DNA from: Bdellovibrionales bacterium
GTDB taxonomy: Bacteria; Bdellovibrionota; Bdellovibrionia; Bdellovibrionales; JAMPXM01
Length of the DNA stretch: 64,000 bases
Direction of reading: 5' to 3'
NCBI GenBank assembly: GCA_043739185.1
Contig: JAYUEN010000332.1
Span: 64,001-128,000, forward strand
Part shown: in pieces, positions 60,604 through 64,000 of the stretch
Layout: each line of letters opens with the position of its first letter
How positions within the stretch are numbered: the stretch's first letter is position 1
Program-made: the position numbers and the translations under genes
Notes under the pieces: model-generated
Database searches by the model: none
Seen by the model: the letters and a program-made list of their open reading frames with translations, nothing else
What the model was told of the DNA's origin: nothing

Positions 60604-62754
60604 ATGACTGTAGAACATCAGAATTTTAAATTTTTTGGCATTTGTCCTTTTGTTTCGTCCGAAAATATTTTGGCCCGGCTGCAACTTGGCCTTTCGAAAC
60701 AAGAGCTTGAACCCCAACAAATTGAAAATGAAATCGCTGATAAAATCGAGCGAAACTCTTTCATTTTGATTCCTAGTCACTTTTGGTGGCGTGAAGACTC
60801 TGAATCATTGCTTGAGCTTCTTACTCCTTATGCCCCGAAGATTGTCCTTCAATGTGGGCCTGGTTTTGAGCTGAGTGAAAAGCTAGAGTTGATTGAACAT
60901 GCATTGAACAAGGGTTTTAGATTGCAAATTGTCTGTCAAAAGAAGCTCTCTTACGCCCAAGAGAATCGTCTGCAGAGTATTTTGCAACATCGAGAACAAA
61001 TTGAAATTAGCTTATTTGTCGAAGAGGCCGAAGAAGCTTTTGGCGATTTAAAATATTTTTGCGAAAACTTCTTAGATTTGCTGAATATTAGTTTAACCAA
61101 GTATTCGTTTGGGCTACTGGCTGAATTGGCCGAAGTGCAAACTGAATTTTCGCAGCTTAAGTTTTTAGATTTATCAAGAGAAAAGGCTATTACCTATTCT
61201 CAAGCGATTGAAGGAACCCAGTACGCCAAATCTACCGCACTACTGAGAAGTTCGCGACCGAGAACTTCGGTGGTTTTTGCATTAAATATTCTCAGTTCCT
61301 TTATTTCTCTTATATTTCTACCAAGTTTTGAAAAGATTAAACGCTTTCGAACAAAAGTAAAAGGCGATCTTCAAATTCTTTGGGGTTTTTTAGTTACCAT
61401 TTGGAGCAAATCATACTGGCCATCCCGGTCCGTTTGCATTGAGCTTTATTGGCAATTTATTCGATCGTTTACGAAAACTTATTGGGTGAATCGCTCTGTT
61501 TTTTCAAACTTGATCTGGTTTTCAAAGCGATTCATTTTAAGTATTTGGTGGCATTCTCAGGCCATTGGTACTAAATCCTATTGGCTCACTCGACAAATGA
61601 CCTCGCGAAGCTATTGGACACTATGGAGTCTCAATTCCGATAGCAAAGCGTTTATGAAGGTTTGGGCCTCAAGATCTTATTGGACGCTCAATCGTTTGGG
61701 CTCAATTTCCTATTGGAAGATGCGAGAGCTTATTTCAAACTTCATGGGTCTCTTGAAATACCTAGCGACTAAACTGTTTTGGATATTTGCAAAACCATTT
61801 ATCATGGCCTACTGGGCTATTAGGAGAGGCTACTATAATTTATTGGTAGCCTTAGAATGTATGGTCACAAAATCTTACTGGCATTTGCGAAGTTTCATTT
61901 CAAATGCTCAGGGGATGACAAACTACATCGGCACCATACTATATTGGACAGTGATTAGAACTTCCACACAGGCCTATTGGCCCTTAAGGGCATTTTTCTT
62001 GAATTCTTACGGCCAATCGAAAAAATGCCTTATTGTGAGTTTTTGGCGACTCGCAAATTTATCTTCAAAAACTTTTTGGATGTTTTTTTCGAAAATTGAA
62101 AATTTGAATTATTTTCTGAGAGGTGGTCGCGGAGCCTCAGAAAAATTGGCGGTTCTGACTTTTTGGAGCATCCGAAGGAACATTACCAATTACTACTGGC
62201 CAGTTTATAATAAGTTTACAAAATTTGGCGGTTTTTTGAGAAATTTGAGGGGCATTGTTACCAAGTTTTTAGTTTTTTCTTTTTGGTGTATTGTGCGTTT
62301 TGCCAACAAGACTTACTGGCTTTTTCGAGAGACATTTTCAAATTTCACGGGCTCCTTAAAGAGACTGCAGGGGCTCACTGTTAAATTTGCCGTCTTCACA
62401 TTCTGGTTTTCTATGCGCTTTGCTAGTAAGATCTACTGGATTTTTCGAAGCTCTCTTTCAAATTTTGCGGGCGCCTTAAAGAGAATACAGGGCTTAATTG
62501 CTAAATTTGCAATCTTCAGTTTTTGGTCTGGAGTCCGACTTTCAAATAGAGTTTACTGGGAGCTTCGGAGTCATTTTTTGCTTATGGTCGGAATCGCAAA
62601 AAAGTTTTTAATTGTCGGCTTCTATTGGATTTGGAAATGCCCTTTCTGGCCACTTCGTAAATTAAGTTGGATTCTTAGCTCCGAGCTACAAAGACGAATG
62701 CCAAAGATTTTTGGCTTAGAATTAGGTAGAAGATCAACGCGAAAAAATATTTAA
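60604..62754 (+). CDS. Hypothetical protein with a long C-terminal array of 11-residue YW/FW repeats
   Basis: 716-aa ORF 7 bp after recN; visible 11-aa and 40-aa periodicity. Confidence 0.75.
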   Translation: MTVEHQNFKFFGICPFVSSENILARLQLGLSKQELEPQQIENEIADKIERNSFILIPSHFWWREDSESLLELLTPYAPKIVLQCGPGFELSEKLELIEHALNKGFRLQIVCQKKLSYAQENRLQSILQHREQIEISLFVEEAEEAFGDLKYFCENFLDLLNISLTKYSFGLLAELAEVQTEFSQLKFLDLSREKAITYSQAIEGTQYAKSTALLRSSRPRTSVVFALNILSSFISLIFLPSFEKIKRFRTKVKGDLQILWGFLVTIWSKSYWPSRSVCIELYWQFIRSFTKTYWVNRSVFSNLIWFSKRFILSIWWHSQAIGTKSYWLTRQMTSRSYWTLWSLNSDSKAFMKVWASRSYWTLNRLGSISYWKMRELISNFMGLLKYLATKLFWIFAKPFIMAYWAIRRGYYNLLVALECMVTKSYWHLRSFISNAQGMTNYIGTILYWTVIRTSTQAYWPLRAFFLNSYGQSKKCLIVSFWRLANLSSKTFWMFFSKIENLNYFLRGGRGASEKLAVLTFWSIRRNITNYYWPVYNKFTKFGGFLRNLRGIVTKFLVFSFWCIVRFANKTYWLFRETFSNFTGSLKRLQGLTVKFAVFTFWFSMRFASKIYWIFRSSLSNFAGALKRIQGLIAKFAIFSFWSGVRLSNRVYWELRSHFLLMVGIAKKFLIVGFYWIWKCPFWPLRKLSWILSSELQRRMPKIFGLELGRRSTRKNI
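62101..62580 (+). repeat. Degenerate 120-bp (40-codon) tandem units within the repeat protein
   Basis: Aligned starts at 62221, 62341 and 62461 (AATTTCACGGGCTCCTTAAAGAGA versus AATTTTGCGGGCGCCTTAAAGAGA). Confidence 0.65.
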
Positions 62755-63521
62755 AGTTCCCATTGCCCTTCCGCATTGAGACGCGCAAATCGTGCCTTAG
62801 CTTCATCAATGACAAAGCATTCAGGGTGATCAAACCAAGCTCCAAGATTGATGCTCCTAACTGGCCGTCCCTCTTTCAATAAACTCTGATCATCACGGAC
62901 ATGAACATGCCCACTGATAATTAGATCTAAATTAGGATCCGAAATTCTCAAAAGGTGTTGTCTTAGCAACTCCCTAATCTTTTCTTCGCGCAAACTTTTG
63001 GCCGTCGAAGTGTATTCTCTGCTAGCCAAACTCGCGCGCGTGCCAATCCATTTGACCACCACTCCCGGAAGTTTTTTTGCGAGAAAAGGAATGGGTTCAG
63101 TGCGCAGAAGGCGATATAAAAAAAGATAGCCTTTATCTTCGGGATTGATCAGATCACCGTGCTCGACTCTTACTCGCAGCTTTCCCAAATTAAAGACTTC
63201 GGCTCGCGTATGAACTTGAACGCCTATCTCTTTCTGCCAAAAATCCGTAAGGAAAAGATCGTGGTTACCTTCAAAATAATGTATAGATAAGTTTTTTTCT
63301 TTGAGCCGCTTGAGCTGATCAACTATGGCCTGAAATTTTTGAATAAAGAAGCTATGCGAACCTATCCACAAATCAAAGATGTCTCCGACTAAAAAAAGAT
63401 GGGTCGCCGGATCTAAACTATCCATTGATTTTTCAATTTGAAATAAAAAACCGAGTAGGGTTTTGCTACTCGGTTCGTCAGGTTCTTTGAGGTGAATGTC
63501 TGAGACAAAAAATGCTTTCAT
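62751..63521 (-). CDS. lpxH: UDP-2,3-diacylglucosamine hydrolase (LpxH-like metallophosphoesterase)
   Basis: SDIH, GDIFDLW, GNHD, HGD, GHVH and LGAW motifs. Confidence 0.85.
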   Translation of the reverse strand: MKAFFVSDIHLKEPDEPSSKTLLGFLFQIEKSMDSLDPATHLFLVGDIFDLWIGSHSFFIQKFQAIVDQLKRLKEKNLSIHYFEGNHDLFLTDFWQKEIGVQVHTRAEVFNLGKLRVRVEHGDLINPEDKGYLFLYRLLRTEPIPFLAKKLPGVVVKWIGTRASLASREYTSTAKSLREEKIRELLRQHLLRISDPNLDLIISGHVHVRDDQSLLKEGRPVRSINLGAWFDHPECFVIDEAKARFARLNAEGQWEL

Positions 63522-63541
63522 TTTTGAAAGCTTAACTCAAA

Positions 63542-64000
63542 TTAGCCGATGCTTCCATCAATCTCGTCGGGTTTTTTGCGTCTTAAAAAAGTCGGAACTT
63601 CTAAATTGCGATTTTCAAAAGGAGAATTCGCCATCTCACTCGCTAGTCTGCGAGCAAGCTCTAGGGGATCGCCATTTTCAACGTCCATCGACAATTGCTC
63701 AGGCGCTCCTGTTTTAAATCTTTGGGCCTGGCTCTCCCGATAAGCTTTTGCTTTTGCTAGGAGCGCTTCTCTTGGGAGTGGTTTTGCCAAAGCTCCACTT
63801 GCTTCTGGAGCTTGAGGAGCTTCATGATTTTGTCTTGTTGCAGGAGCATTTTGCTCCGGAATCCCCCCGGAATACCCGCCGACCCCATGGACTGGACTGG
63901 CCGCCACCTGTTGCTCAGGTGAATAAATCGGCTGCGCCTGTGTTGGTGCATAAGACGCCATTTGCTGCGCGTGCATTTGTTGCGCCGTTGGGTATTGCAT
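63542..64000 (-). CDS. ftsZ: C-terminal part (linker plus conserved peptide) of cell division protein FtsZ, truncated by the window edge
   Basis: Gln/Pro/Ala linker ending in NLEVPTFLRR, matching the FtsZ D/E-[IV]PxFL C-terminal peptide. The GTPase domain is not in the window. Confidence 0.75.
   Translation of the reverse strand: MQYPTAQQMHAQQMASYAPTQAQPIYSPEQQVAASPVHGVGGYSGGIPEQNAPATRQNHEAPQAPEASGALAKPLPREALLAKAKAYRESQAQRFKTGAPEQLSMDVENGDPLELARRLASEMANSPFENRNLEVPTFLRRKKPDEIDGSIG

Noticed and set aside
60604..62754. Prophage tape-measure gene
   Set aside because: The 11-mer aromatic spacing is similar, but there are no phage genes nearby and the gene sits between recN and lpxH.
246..63951. 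The many 60-150-aa ORFs antisense to or out of frame within larger genes (for example 1906-2181, 20992-21357, 32652-33062, 45294-45656, 55272-55721)
   Set aside because: These are shadow ORFs overlapping well-supported genes, with no recognisable motifs or RBS.

Overview
Chromosomal window from a bacterium that looks like a member of the Bdellovibrionota. This is inferred from gene content and order, including a lone Lys-rich GroES, a DUF507 pair, a CdgA-like degenerate GGDEF protein, AddAB, a myxobacterial-type Ser/Thr kinase and many small beta-barrels and lipoproteins. Most of it is dense housekeeping DNA: KamA-family radical SAM, mrcB, phnDCE-like ABC, ttcA, rsmI, cysE, yhaM, purH, mlaEFD, alr, nadB, addAB, coaE, acyl-CoA ligase, dcp, nadK, recN, lpxH and the 3' end of ftsZ. 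I saw no rRNA, tRNA, CRISPR array, prophage or full-length transposase. The best candidates for something new are: (1) three paralogous FadL/PorV/TraF-like barrels interleaved with two Cys-rich helical lipoproteins, possibly a barrel-cargo surface display system (38.0-44.1 kb); (2) a LysR-divergent operon of nitroreductase, aldo-keto reductase, OCD-family reductase and PLP dehydratase; (3) a kinase/REC-GGDEF pair with the His, Asp and GGDEF residues all degenerate; (4) a 716-aa protein built of 11-residue YW/FW repeats behind recN; (5) non-coding structure, namely a perfect 42-bp inverted repeat carrying the stop codons of two convergent genes, RPE-like palindromic elements and an over-represented GGGCGGTGCC motif. 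Several start codons were moved downstream of the ORF track where an RBS, signal peptide or overlap argued for it. All family calls come from motif recognition; no searches were run.
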